Shown here: positions 20,747 through 29,829 of the stretch, piece after piece
Layout: each line of letters opens with the position of its first letter
Position numbering within the stretch: the stretch's first letter is position 1
Origin: Vibrio vulnificus CMCP6
GTDB taxonomy: Bacteria; Pseudomonadota; Gammaproteobacteria; Enterobacterales; Vibrionaceae
Reading direction: 5' to 3'
Assembly: GCF_000039765.1 (NCBI RefSeq)
Contig: NC_004459.3
Span: 270,001-302,000 of the forward strand
DNA: 32,000 nucleotides
Position numbers and translations under genes: made by a program
The notes under the pieces: generated by a model
What the model saw: only the letters and a program-made list of their open reading frames with translations
The model's database searches: none
What the model was told of the DNA's origin: nothing

Positions 20747-22312
20747 ATGGGCATTCTGGAATCCGATATTCAATCGCAGCTGCATCAGTTAAGTTGTCAA
20801 TTAGACCAACTTCGATTGACACATCGCGACTCGTCACTCAAATTTAAGCGTGAACAACAAGTTCTGAAGCGCATCGTTACTTCCCTGAGCGCAGCATGCC
20901 AGGGGGGCGACCCGACGCTCACGCAGCATTTGAAGGCGGTTCAGCAAGAACTTGAACAACAAAAAGATGTAAGCACTCTTATTCCACGCCTTGCCGTGTT
21001 AGAAAGAATGCTCAGACAACAAGCAGTGGCTATGGATAAACAGAGCGGTTTTCTCGACGAACAGATTAAGCACAGCGGTGAGACTTTACAGCGCGTCGCT
21101 GGGCTTCCCCCACAACTAAAACGCGAATTGCGCAGTTTAATGACGTTCAATGACGTCAATAAAGCGCGCAATGTCGATCAAGCAGTACGTCTGCTCAATA
21201 TTTACGAACGTGCGCTGAAGATCATCACCTCCAACTCTCGAATCAACTTTAATGAACTCAGTGATACTCCCGATCGCTCGCAGCTAGACTGCCTCTCCGC
21301 AGAGCTGCAACACGTGATCACGGAACTGGATTTTGAAGGCGAATCGGGCGACTTGTTATTGGATATCCGCACTAAGCTGCTGTTGGGTGTTTCCACCGAA
21401 TCACTACTAGAACTGACCCTTCAAGTGCTCAAACTGGTGATTGAAGGGACGAAGTTTGAAAGAAAATCATCCGAGCATTTCCTAGAACAGCTTAATGGCT
21501 CACTCGCTGCCAACTTAAAAACCTCTCACGTCAACGTTGACCAAAGCCAAACGTATTTTGAACATCGCCAACAGCTCAATCGAGAGTTAGAAGGATTGGT
21601 GGCGAAAAGCCAGGCTTCATTGGACAATGCAACCGAGCTCGAACAGCTCAAAAACAACATTTCCCCCTTGTTAGCGCAAATGGCCTCGTTGTCTCAACGT
21701 TTGCAACTGGCGGAAGAGAAAGAACAAGCGCTACAAGAAAGACTGCAATACAACAAAAATCAACTTGAAGCGGTGTTTGAAATTACCCAAGACTATCGTA
21801 AACGCCTAGAAGATCAGGCTCAGCGCATGCTGCTAGACCCCCTCACTAAGGTGTATAACCGCACCGCCTTTAACGATCGTCTTGAACTTGAATATCGTCG
21901 CTGGATCCGCGCACAGCACAATCTCCGTGTGGTACTGCTCGACATTGATGGTTTTAAAGCCATCAACGATAGCTATGGCTACTCTGCTGGCGACAAAGCA
22001 TTGAAGATCATTGCGCGAACCATTCGCAAAGCGGCGGCCGACACCGATACCGTGGCACGCTTTAGTGGTGAAGAGTTTATCTTGCTCATTCCAGAGCAAA
22101 GTGAAGAGTACACACTCGAGCTGATTAAGCACATTCAAGCAGAAGTCAGCAAACTACCGTTCAAATTCCGTGAACAACAAATCACCATCACGCTCAGCGC
22201 CGCTTCCGTGGCTTTTAAAGAGTCGGATAATCCGGAATACGTGGTGGATCGCCTCGGCATCATGCTCAACGAATGCAAACGACGTGGAAAAAAACAGCTA
22301 GAATGGCGTTAA
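20747..22312 (+). CDS. Cytoplasmic GGDEF-domain diguanylate cyclase (position of V. cholerae cdgG/VC0900)
   Basis: DPLTKVYNRTAFNDRLELEYRRW...VVLLDIDGFKAINDSYGYSAGDKALK...VARFSGEEFILLIPE; N-terminal coiled-coil-rich region. Confidence 0.93.
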   Translation: MGILESDIQSQLHQLSCQLDQLRLTHRDSSLKFKREQQVLKRIVTSLSAACQGGDPTLTQHLKAVQQELEQQKDVSTLIPRLAVLERMLRQQAVAMDKQSGFLDEQIKHSGETLQRVAGLPPQLKRELRSLMTFNDVNKARNVDQAVRLLNIYERALKIITSNSRINFNELSDTPDRSQLDCLSAELQHVITELDFEGESGDLLLDIRTKLLLGVSTESLLELTLQVLKLVIEGTKFERKSSEHFLEQLNGSLAANLKTSHVNVDQSQTYFEHRQQLNRELEGLVAKSQASLDNATELEQLKNNISPLLAQMASLSQRLQLAEEKEQALQERLQYNKNQLEAVFEITQDYRKRLEDQAQRMLLDPLTKVYNRTAFNDRLELEYRRWIRAQHNLRVVLLDIDGFKAINDSYGYSAGDKALKIIARTIRKAAADTDTVARFSGEEFILLIPEQSEEYTLELIKHIQAEVSKLPFKFREQQITITLSAASVAFKESDNPEYVVDRLGIMLNECKRRGKKQLEWR

Positions 22313-22551
22313 TGAGTGGTCATTTATTAACCACTCAGACGAGATTTCACCATCAGTTATAGTTTTTTCAATTAGTTATCACATTTCTTTTTGCTCATAC
22401 TTTGCTAAGCTAACTACATTCATGACGTGTTTTGCCGAGATTTTTTCTCGGCATAGAACAGAGATTCACGCGCTTATCGGATTCAATAACAACCATTATT
22501 TTTCCTCGTGGATCTCTGCCTGTTAATTACAATGCTAAGCAAGGAGGCCAT

Positions 22552-23928
22552 ATGATTACTCATATCAGCCCAGCAGGAAGTATGGATCTGCTCTCTCAAC
22601 TTGAAGTTGAGCGTCTGAAAAAAACCGCCTCTAGTGAGCTTTACCAACTCTACCGCAACTGTACGTTAGCGGTGTTAAACTCAGGTAGCCACACGGATAA
22701 CTCCAAAGAGCTGCTCGACAAATATCAATCTTTTGATGTCAACGTAGTGCGCCGTGAGCGTGGCATTAAGTTAGAGCTCACCAATCCACCTGAACACGCT
22801 TTTGTCGATGGTGAGATCATCAAAGGTATCCAAGAACATTTGTTTTCTGTGCTGCGTGATATTGTTTACGTCAACATGCATCTTGCGGACAACCAACGCC
22901 TTAACCTTACTAATGCCACCCACATTACTAACCTTGTTTTTGGTATTTTGCGTAATGCTGGCGCTTTGATTCCTGGTATTGAGCCAAATCTTGTGGTGTG
23001 TTGGGGCGGTCACTCCATCAACCCTGTTGAGTACCAATACACACGCGAAGTGGGGAACGAGCTCGGCCTGCGTGAATTGAACATTTGTACTGGCTGTGGA
23101 CCGGGCGCGATGGAAGGGCCAATGAAAGGCGCCGCAATTGGTCATGCCAAACAGCGCTACAGTACGCAACGTTACTTGGGCTTAACCGAGCCTTCAATTA
23201 TAGCCGCTGAGCCGCCAAACCCGATCGTCAATGAATTGGTGATCATGCCTGATATCGAGAAACGCTTAGAAGCATTTGTCCGCATGGGGCATGGCATCAT
23301 CATTTTCCCGGGTGGTGCAGGTACTGCTGAAGAGCTGCTCTACATACTGGGCATTATGATGCATCCAGAAAATGCCGATCAGCCGATGCCCATCGTCTTA
23401 ACAGGCCCTAAAGAGAGCGAGGCTTACTTCCGCTCACTGGATGCGTTTATTGGTGCTACTTTGGGGGAAGAAGGTCAGAAGCACTACCAAATCATCATTG
23501 ATGACCCAGCTCAGGTTGCCCGTGTGATGAAACAAGCGATGCCAGCAGTACGTCAGCACCGTAAAGACAAAGGCGATGCTTACAGCTACAACTGGTCTTT
23601 AAAGATTGAGCCTGAGTTCCAGTTGCCATTTGAACCAACACACGACTCTATGGCAAGTTTGGATCTGCATCTCAATCAGAAGCCTCAAGTATTGGCCGCT
23701 AACTTACGCCGTGCCTTCTCAGGTATTGTGGCGGGTAACGTAAAAGCCGAAGGCATTCGTGAGATCGAACGCAAAGGGCCATTCATTATTGATGGTGACC
23801 CTGCACTGATGAAGAAAATGGACAAACTGCTGCGCGATTTCGTCGCCCAGCACCGTATGAAACTGCCCGGCGGCAGTGCATATGAACCTTGCTATAAGAT
23901 CGCGTCAGCGGAAAATGGCGGTCGATAG
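22552..23928 (+). CDS. ppnN: Nucleotide 5'-monophosphate nucleosidase PpnN (YgdH/LOG-like family)
   Basis: [24 protein letters not shown]; [17 protein letters not shown]; [15 protein letters not shown]; [18 protein letters not shown]. Start reset to 22552, preceded by AAGGAGG Shine-Dalgarno. Confidence 0.95.
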   Translation: MITHISPAGSMDLLSQLEVERLKKTASSELYQLYRNCTLAVLNSGSHTDNSKELLDKYQSFDVNVVRRERGIKLELTNPPEHAFVDGEIIKGIQEHLFSVLRDIVYVNMHLADNQRLNLTNATHITNLVFGILRNAGALIPGIEPNLVVCWGGHSINPVEYQYTREVGNELGLRELNICTGCGPGAMEGPMKGAAIGHAKQRYSTQRYLGLTEPSIIAAEPPNPIVNELVIMPDIEKRLEAFVRMGHGIIIFPGGAGTAEELLYILGIMMHPENADQPMPIVLTGPKESEAYFRSLDAFIGATLGEEGQKHYQIIIDDPAQVARVMKQAMPAVRQHRKDKGDAYSYNWSLKIEPEFQLPFEPTHDSMASLDLHLNQKPQVLAANLRRAFSGIVAGNVKAEGIREIERKGPFIIDGDPALMKKMDKLLRDFVAQHRMKLPGGSAYEPCYKIASAENGGR

Positions 23929-23988
23929 TCCATACGATTTACGTTACACTCAGGGGCCTTAGGCCCCTTTTCAATACTGTAATTTTCT

Positions 23989-24768
23989 ATGGCTATTCAT
24001 CTTGTTATCATCGATGCACTCAATCTGATCCGCCGTGTCCACTCAGCTCAACCGGATCCGACGGACATAGCCAACACCATCCAAAACACCCGTCGTACCT
24101 TGCAGCGAATCATTAGTGAAAGTCATCCTACGCATATCGTCGCGGTGTTTGATCATCTCGGTAGCGACCGAGGATGGCGTGCAGAGATCCTTCCAGAATA
24201 CAAACAAGGGCGAAAGCCGATGCCAGAACCTTTGCTCAATGGTTTGGAGAAGATCCAAGAGGCATGGTGGCAGTTGGGTATTGATTCGCTGCTTTCTGAA
24301 GGTGATGAAGCCGATGACTTAGTGGCCACCCTAGCGTGCAAAGTCGCGCAACACGGTGAGAAGGTCACCATCATTTCAACCGATAAAGGCTACTGCCAAC
24401 TCCTTTCTCCCACTCTGCAGATTCGCGATTACTTCCAACACCGTTGGTTAGATCAGCCGTTTATTGAACAAGAGTTTGGCGTAAAACCTCAACAGCTTTC
24501 TGACTATTGGGGCCTGACGGGCATCAGTTCCAGTCAAGTGACCGGCATTCCCGGCATTGGCCCAAAAGCAGCCAAAGAGATCCTCAGCCAATTTGACGAT
24601 ATCGAACAGGCTTTTCTCTCGCCGGATCTACCAAAGAAATATCGCACTAAGTTCGATCAACATATCGAGTTAGCTCGCCGTTGCAAACGAGTCTCGGCAC
24701 TCAAAACCGATATTGAACTCGGTTTTAACCTGCAAGATCTGCGTTTTACCGCTAATGAGGCCCGTTAA
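23989..24768 (+). CDS. xni: Flap endonuclease Xni (ExoIX)
   Basis: HLVIIDALNLIRRVH; GDEADDLVATLACKVA; DYWGLTGISSSQVTGIPGIGPKAAKEIL H3TH region. Confidence 0.95.
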   Translation: MAIHLVIIDALNLIRRVHSAQPDPTDIANTIQNTRRTLQRIISESHPTHIVAVFDHLGSDRGWRAEILPEYKQGRKPMPEPLLNGLEKIQEAWWQLGIDSLLSEGDEADDLVATLACKVAQHGEKVTIISTDKGYCQLLSPTLQIRDYFQHRWLDQPFIEQEFGVKPQQLSDYWGLTGISSSQVTGIPGIGPKAAKEILSQFDDIEQAFLSPDLPKKYRTKFDQHIELARRCKRVSALKTDIELGFNLQDLRFTANEAR

Positions 24769-24858
24769 TTTCCATGAACAACGCCTTGCCAGTCAGAACA
24801 CATTGACCGTGCAAATCCCACCAAGTGCATAACAAAACACCATCAATAAATGTTAAAC

Positions 24859-24896
24859 GTTATTGTTGTGTAATGGGTTACATTCACAACAATAAC
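24859..24896. repeat. Perfect 12-bp inverted repeat (dyad 1) upstream of nuclease gene
   Basis: GTTATTGTTGTG - TAATGGGTTACATT - CACAACAATAAC. Confidence 0.9.
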
Positions 24897-24900
24897 AACA

Positions 24901-24934
24901 AATTAATCAATACCTTACTGAGTATTGATTAATT
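24901..24934. repeat. Perfect 13-bp inverted repeat (dyad 2) upstream of nuclease gene
   Basis: AATTAATCAATAC - CTTACTGA - GTATTGATTAATT. Confidence 0.9.
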
Positions 24935-24998
24935 TATTATCAACATCACAGCATTGATGAGCATTTACTCTATTTTCACCACTCTCTAACAAGGAGTA

Positions 24999-25748
24999 AT
25001 GAAAATGAAAAACCTCATCCTACTATCACTATTATTTGCTTTACCTGCTGCGGCTGAAATTTGTGGCCAACACCTCGACAAAGGCATGCCCTCCACACAA
25101 CCGGATCAAGTGCTTTGCCGCGATGGCTACGCGGTAGGTTACAACTACAACACCAAAAACGCCGATTGGGTGGCCTACCATATTACGGCAGAGAGTGTGA
25201 ATGCTTCCTATAAGCGCAGCAACAGCTTTAAAGAAGATGCCGAACTGCCCGACTATGCTCGCTCCACCTTAGCGGATTACAGCAACTCAGGTTACGACAG
25301 AGGCCATCTTGCCCCGTCAGCGGCGATGGATTTCAGTCAGCAGTCAATGCAACAAAGCTTCCTGATGAGCAACATGTCACCGCAGTTACCGGGCTTTAAT
25401 CGCGTGGGTTGGCGTTTTCTGGAAGAGCATGTTCGTGATCTTGCCAATGAATATAACGAGCTTTACGTCGTCACTGGGCCCATTTACCAAGGTGGCGAAA
25501 ACGCGATTGGTAACGGAGTGGTCATTCCTAGCGCCTTTTTCAAAGTCATTCTTGACCCTGCGTTTAATGACGCGATTGCGTTTGTCGTGCCACACCGAGA
25601 TGTCTCTGGCAGTGAGCTAGCGAATTTCATCACCACGATTGACGAGGTGGAAAGATTGACCCAACTTGACTTCTTCTCCGCCGTCGATGACAGCACAGAA
25701 GCGAGCATGGAAGCACAGGTGTGGGAAATGTGGCCAACGTCGAACTAA
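24999..25748 (+). CDS. Secreted/periplasmic DNA/RNA non-specific endonuclease (NUC/EndA family)
   Basis: Signal peptide MKMKNLILLSLLFALPAAA; catalytic DRGH motif GYDRGHLAPSAAMDFSQQSMQQSFLMSNMSPQ. Confidence 0.93.
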   Translation: MKMKNLILLSLLFALPAAAEICGQHLDKGMPSTQPDQVLCRDGYAVGYNYNTKNADWVAYHITAESVNASYKRSNSFKEDAELPDYARSTLADYSNSGYDRGHLAPSAAMDFSQQSMQQSFLMSNMSPQLPGFNRVGWRFLEEHVRDLANEYNELYVVTGPIYQGGENAIGNGVVIPSAFFKVILDPAFNDAIAFVVPHRDVSGSELANFITTIDEVERLTQLDFFSAVDDSTEASMEAQVWEMWPTSN

Positions 25749-25755
25749 CACAAAC

Positions 25756-25787
25756 AAAAACGCTCCTCATGTCGAGGAGCGTTTTTT
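25756..25787. terminator. Bidirectional terminator between nuclease gene and rlmM
   Basis: AAAAACGCTCCT-CATGTCG-AGGAGCGTTTTTT between convergent genes. Confidence 0.88.
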
Positions 25788-25811
25788 AGCGAACCGTTTC
25801 TTCAACTCATC

Positions 25812-26903
25812 TTAGTGCGGAGAAATGTTCGATAGCACCTGAATGTGTACGGTGATCTCTTCGCGATCGTGATAAAGGTGTTTCGCTTGCAGCTTAAACT
25901 TCACCTTGTTCTCAATCAGGAAGGTCTTAAGATTTTCAATGTCTTGTAAAACCTCGTCATAACGACCTTTCATCGGCAACTTCAGGTTAAAGATGGTTTC
26001 TTTCGCCCACCCTTTAATGAGCCATTCGCCCATCAGATGCGCCACGCGAGCTGGCTTTTCCACCATGTCACACACTAACCAAGTCACGTTCTTACGGTCT
26101 GGCTCAAATTTAAAGCCATCCACCATGTGATGCTTGATCTGGCCTGTTTCCATCAAGCTGTCTGCCATCATGCCGTTGTCCACACAGTGAACGAACATAG
26201 AGCGCTGCACTAGCTGATAGGTCCATCCACCAGGACACGCGCCTAAATCCACCGCCCACATGCCCGAAGACAAACGCGTATCCCACTCTTCACGCGGAAT
26301 AAACACATGAAAAGCCTCTTCCAACTTCAACGTTGAGCGGCTTGGCGCATCGGCCGGGAATTTTAAACGTGGAATGCCCATAAAGAAGCGCGAATTATTG
26401 TGCGAATAAGAGTAACCAGCAAAGCAGTGGCCTGACGCAACAAAGCAAAGGTGGAACACAGGCTTCTTGGCATTTTCTTTCGCCAGCAATAAACCTTTAC
26501 CACGTAATGCTTGGCGCATTGGGACGGTAAACTTGCGACAGAACTTCAACAGCTCTTTTGCTTCGTTGGTGTCTGGTGTTTCAATACGCAAATCACCACA
26601 AACAGGGAACGCGTCGATCTCACCCAGCTCCGCAAGGATTGGGCTAATGCGATCTTCACTCGGCAGTTCGGTGAACTCTGCTGCAACCGCAAACATTTGA
26701 CGCGCAAAAATCAGCGCGTTGAAGTCCAGTTCACGTGCCAGTTTATCGGCATCCCCATCTTGGTAACATTCGAACAGAACATACCCTGCGTTTTTGAACA
26801 CACGTGGAAAACCATAAACCTCTAACTGAGTCGCTTTGTCCTGAATTTCACCAGCACACTCTTTTTCAAAGCCCTGACGACAATAGAGCATTAATTGTTT
26901 CAC
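25812..26903 (-). CDS. rlmM: 23S rRNA C2498 2'-O-ribose methyltransferase RlmM
   Basis: [24 protein letters not shown]...[19 protein letters not shown]...MVDGFKF...[21 protein letters not shown]. Start reset to GTG at 26903 with upstream GAGG. Confidence 0.96.
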   Translation of the reverse strand: MKQLMLYCRQGFEKECAGEIQDKATQLEVYGFPRVFKNAGYVLFECYQDGDADKLARELDFNALIFARQMFAVAAEFTELPSEDRISPILAELGEIDAFPVCGDLRIETPDTNEAKELLKFCRKFTVPMRQALRGKGLLLAKENAKKPVFHLCFVASGHCFAGYSYSHNNSRFFMGIPRLKFPADAPSRSTLKLEEAFHVFIPREEWDTRLSSGMWAVDLGACPGGWTYQLVQRSMFVHCVDNGMMADSLMETGQIKHHMVDGFKFEPDRKNVTWLVCDMVEKPARVAHLMGEWLIKGWAKETIFNLKLPMKGRYDEVLQDIENLKTFLIENKVKFKLQAKHLYHDREEITVHIQVLSNISPH

Positions 26904-27298
26904 TGAGATACCTCGTTCGTTTTTAAAGCTGCCAACATCAACATTATCCAACCAATAATAAACAGCAAGCCTCCCATAGGAGTGATGGGGCCAAACCATT
27001 TTATGCCAGTTAATGCGAGGGCGTATAAGCTGCAGCTAAAGCAAAAGATGCCGATGATAAAACAAATTGCCGCGCGGAAAAAATATTTTTGCGCTTTCTC
27101 TCCAGTCGGCAAAGACAGCAGAACGGCGCACAGGGCGATGGCGAGGGTATGCCAAAACTGGTACATCACGCCCGTCTCAAACACACCTAACAAATATGGC
27201 GACAATTGACTTTTGAGTCCGTGAGCAGCAAACGCGCCAAGTGCGACCGCCGATGCGCCTGAGAAACCAACAAAAGTGAGTAGCCACTTACTTTTCAT
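26900..27298 (-). CDS. ygdD: DUF423 family inner-membrane protein (YgdD-like)
   Basis: [54 protein letters not shown]...[17 protein letters not shown]. The track ORF from 27484 is over-extended. Confidence 0.92.
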   Translation of the reverse strand: MKSKWLLTFVGFSGASAVALGAFAAHGLKSQLSPYLLGVFETGVMYQFWHTLAIALCAVLLSLPTGEKAQKYFFRAAICFIIGIFCFSCSLYALALTGIKWFGPITPMGGLLFIIGWIMLMLAALKTNEVSQ

Positions 27299-27914
27299 CG
27301 TCAACCCCTTTAATAAAAGCGCACAGTTGCTCAATCGCCAACTGCACATTGCCGGCTTCTGTATAGCCAGAACTTTTTCTCGGTTTAAAACTATGATCGC
27401 CGTCAGGCAAAAACGCCAAACGCACCATTGAGGAGAACTCAAATTGCTGACACTCAGTTTGAGTACCAAACGTGTCTCGCTCACCTTGCAAAATCAACGT
27501 CGGTTTACTCAATGTTTGTAAGTGCTCACCTTTGAACTTTTCAGGCTTACCGGGAGGATGAAACGGAAAACCTAAACAGGCAATCCCTTTCACGAGGGGG
27601 TGCTCCGACAACAAACTCGCCATGCGTCCGCCCATCGACTTCCCCCCAATGATCACGGGGTCATCGGTCACGGATGCTATCACTTCGGAAAAGGCTTCCA
27701 GCAATTTCGGCGCGCGATCCGGTGGGCGTTTTTTGCCATCTTCAGCTCGTTTGGCCATATAAGGGAAATTGAAACGCACCACTCGAATCCCTTCCTTTGC
27801 CAATCCTTGAGCCACTGCGGTCATAAAAGCATGCTCCATCGGAGCCCCTGCACCGTGAGCAAAAATAAACAGCGGTCCGTTGTCTGGCCCATCAATAATG
27901 CATGGCAGATTCAT
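27288..27914 (-). CDS. Alpha/beta-hydrolase family protein (KANL3/Tex30-like fold)
   Basis: LFIFAHGAGAPMEH...VIIGGKSMGGRMASLL...PTLILQGERDTFG...LPDGDHSFKPRKSSG. Confidence 0.88.
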   Translation of the reverse strand: MNLPCIIDGPDNGPLFIFAHGAGAPMEHAFMTAVAQGLAKEGIRVVRFNFPYMAKRAEDGKKRPPDRAPKLLEAFSEVIASVTDDPVIIGGKSMGGRMASLLSEHPLVKGIACLGFPFHPPGKPEKFKGEHLQTLSKPTLILQGERDTFGTQTECQQFEFSSMVRLAFLPDGDHSFKPRKSSGYTEAGNVQLAIEQLCAFIKGVDDEK

Positions 27915-28815
27915 CTAACACCTCTTCTTGTTCTTTGCGCGCGGTCACTAACATCCAGTCTCGAAATCGCGCGATACGCCCCATGTCAGCTTGCTGTTCA
28001 TGGCAGACGACGTAAAACGAATTCTTCGACAACAATATTTCATCAAAGGGTGCTATCAGACGGCCCGCCTCCATTTCTGGTTTGGCCAGCACATTGTTGC
28101 CCAAGGCCACCCCTTGCCCGTGGGCCGCCGCTTGCAGAACCATGGTCGAGTGACTAAAAATCGGACCTTGGTTGACATTGACCTCATCCAGACCGTTTTC
28201 CTTAGCAAATTGTTTCCAATCTTTTCTGGAGGTGTCATGGAGTAACGTATGTCGTTTTAAATCCTGCAAAGATTCTAATGGTTTGTTACCTAAAAGTAAT
28301 GAAGGTGAACAAAGTGGGATCAAATATTCTTGGTACAATTTATCGGCACGTAACCCCGGCCAATTGCCACGACCGTAATAAATCGCCACGTCCACATCGT
28401 CCGTCAAAGAGCCTTCGTCCATGTCCACCGCTTTGATTCGCACGTCAATGTCTGGCTCTTTAGCATTGAAATCCGCCAATCTTGGTACCAACCATTGAAT
28501 GGCAAAACTCGGTGGCAAACTGATGGTCAATGCCCCTTTTTCGCTACGTTCCAATACCTTATCGGTCGCTTCCGCGAGTGCTGAGAAGATATCTTTGATG
28601 TCTAAAAAGTAACTTTGCCCCTCTTCAGTGAGGAGTAAAGAACGGTTGCGGCGGCGGAACAGTTTCAATGAAAGAAACTCTTCAAGTGCTTTGATCTGAT
28701 GACTCACTGCCGCTTGAGTGACAAAGAGCTCTTCTGCAGCTCGAGTGAAACTAAGATGTCTAGCGGCGGCTTCGAATACACGAAGGGAATTCAGTGGGGG
28801 CAATCTTCGGGACAT
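27892..28815 (-). CDS. gcvA: LysR-family glycine cleavage system regulator GcvA
   Basis: MSRRLPPLNSLRVFEAAARHLSFTRAAEELFVTQAAVSHQIKALEEFLSLKLFRRRNR; divergent from a GcvB RNA. Confidence 0.95.
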   Translation of the reverse strand: MSRRLPPLNSLRVFEAAARHLSFTRAAEELFVTQAAVSHQIKALEEFLSLKLFRRRNRSLLLTEEGQSYFLDIKDIFSALAEATDKVLERSEKGALTISLPPSFAIQWLVPRLADFNAKEPDIDVRIKAVDMDEGSLTDDVDVAIYYGRGNWPGLRADKLYQEYLIPLCSPSLLLGNKPLESLQDLKRHTLLHDTSRKDWKQFAKENGLDEVNVNQGPIFSHSTMVLQAAAHGQGVALGNNVLAKPEMEAGRLIAPFDEILLSKNSFYVVCHEQQADMGRIARFRDWMLVTARKEQEEVLDESAMHY

Positions 28816-28901
28816 ACGGCTCTCTAACCATTAGTTTTTTTAATCTGAAACATTATAATTTGTCCATTGTAGAACAGCCAGATAAATTCTATATTTCACC
28901 C

Positions 28902-29109
28902 CGCAACGCTAGCCTGAACGGCTTGATTTCTTTGTAAATCAATTGGCTTAGTTGTTGCGATGTTGTGTTTGCAAACTCGTATTTCGAGTTAGGTAGATTT
29001 CTACCGTAGTGTTTTGTCCAACTCCCTGTGACAAAACCTATACTTCCTGTATTTATTTTTGACCTGTCTGTCAAATTTGTTACACCGCCTATTAGGCGGT
29101 GTTTTTTTA
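28902..29109 (+). ncRNA. gcvB: GcvB small regulatory RNA
   Basis: Divergent from gcvA; G/U-rich R1-like GTTGTTGCGATGTTGTGTTTGCAA; conserved ACTTCCTGTATTTATTTTTGACCTGTCTGTC; terminator ACACCGCC-TATTA-GGCGGTGTTTTTTT; promoter-like TTGTAG-N17-TATATT at 28867-28895. About 208 nt by inspection; ends approximate. Confidence 0.93.
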
Positions 29110-29137
29110 TCTGCGAAATATGCTCACATCACAGTGA

Positions 29138-29403
29138 TATACCCAAGTGACTTCAAGATGCAGGATTCAGAGCTTCATATTCTGGTTCAGTTCAAGGAAG
29201 AGAACGCAGCGGAATGACGAGTCCTTTCCAAGTTCTATGACACAGAAATGAGACAGAATATGCGCTCCCAAGGGCGAGTTTAACTGGCCTTCATACTGCG
29301 TTATCGATTCTCGATGTAGAGCGACTAGACCTTCAAATCGATGCCTTGTCTAAACGCCAGTTAACTCTCGCTGAAACTCGCATCTCGAGGTTACTTGGGT
29401 ATA
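29138..29403. mobile_element. 266-bp MITE/ERIC-like non-coding element with 24-bp terminal inverted repeats
   Basis: Left end TATACCCAAGTGACTTCAAGATGC (29138-29161) versus right end GCATCTCGAGGTTACTTGGGTATA (29380-29403): 21/24 complementary; internal inverted repeat around AGTTTAACTGGCC / GCCAGTTAACT. Confidence 0.7.
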
Positions 29404-29501
29404 ATTACCACCAGCGCCACGGCAAGAATCGCGACAAAATAGAGAGTCCAAAGCACGCTGTGTTTGAGTATTTCTTTTACCTCTCGTTGGGCTTTATTCA
29501 T
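29391..29501 (-). CDS. Predicted 36-aa small membrane protein
   Basis: MNKAQREVKEILKHSVLWTLYFVAILAVALVVIIPK*; single hydrophobic helix; start overlaps the stop region of the 55-aa ORF. Confidence 0.55.
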   Translation of the reverse strand: MNKAQREVKEILKHSVLWTLYFVAILAVALVVIIPK

Positions 29502-29661
29502 GCCTGCGTCTCCGCCACAGTGAAATGATGCCACTGAGGCCAACCAAAATCACAAAACACCCCATCGCCCACCAATTTCGTTTGGGCTGCCACCCCAATG
29601 CTTCGATCTCTTCTTCTGTTAAACTGATCTCTATTTGTTCAAGCCACTCTTCATCTTGCAT
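29494..29661 (-). CDS. Predicted 55-aa small membrane protein
   Basis: MQDEEWLEQIEISLTEEEIEALGWQPKRNWWAMGCFVILVGLSGIISLWRRRRHE*; acidic N-terminus, one TM helix, basic positive-inside tail; GGGGA upstream of ATG. Confidence 0.6.
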   Translation of the reverse strand: MQDEEWLEQIEISLTEEEIEALGWQPKRNWWAMGCFVILVGLSGIISLWRRRRHE

Positions 29662-29773
29662 GGTGCATCCCCGTTTACCCGTTCCGCCATAATGCTAATT
29701 CAAGCCTGTGTTCATAAAAATCAAAGAGAATTTAACCTAGGTTCAGATTTATAAAACCTTGGACGTGGGCAAT

Positions 29774-29805
29774 AAAAAATCCGAATGCGAGCATTCGGAT
29801 TTTTA
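29774..29805 (-). terminator. Terminator after thiI
   Basis: AAAAATCCGAATGC-TC-GCATTCGGATTTTT on minus strand. Confidence 0.88.
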
Positions 29806-29829
29806 GACATTAGGGTTAACACATCACCG

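Noticed and set aside
22432-22551. N-terminal 40-aa extension of the ppnN ORF
   Set aside because: Begins with TTG inside a hairpin; a strong AAGGAGG sits before ATG at 22552, which starts the conserved [14 protein letters not shown] sequence.
27299-27484. N-terminal extension of the DUF423 ORF
   Set aside because: Entirely within the upstream alpha/beta-hydrolase gene; the conserved protein begins [27 protein letters not shown].
28889-29074. 61-aa minus-strand ORF
   Set aside because: Lies entirely antisense to the predicted GcvB RNA, has no family-like features, and is a frame artefact.
29346-29528. 60-aa plus-strand ORF
   Set aside because: Begins inside the MITE-like element and is antisense to the more protein-like 55/36-aa pair; composition looks random.
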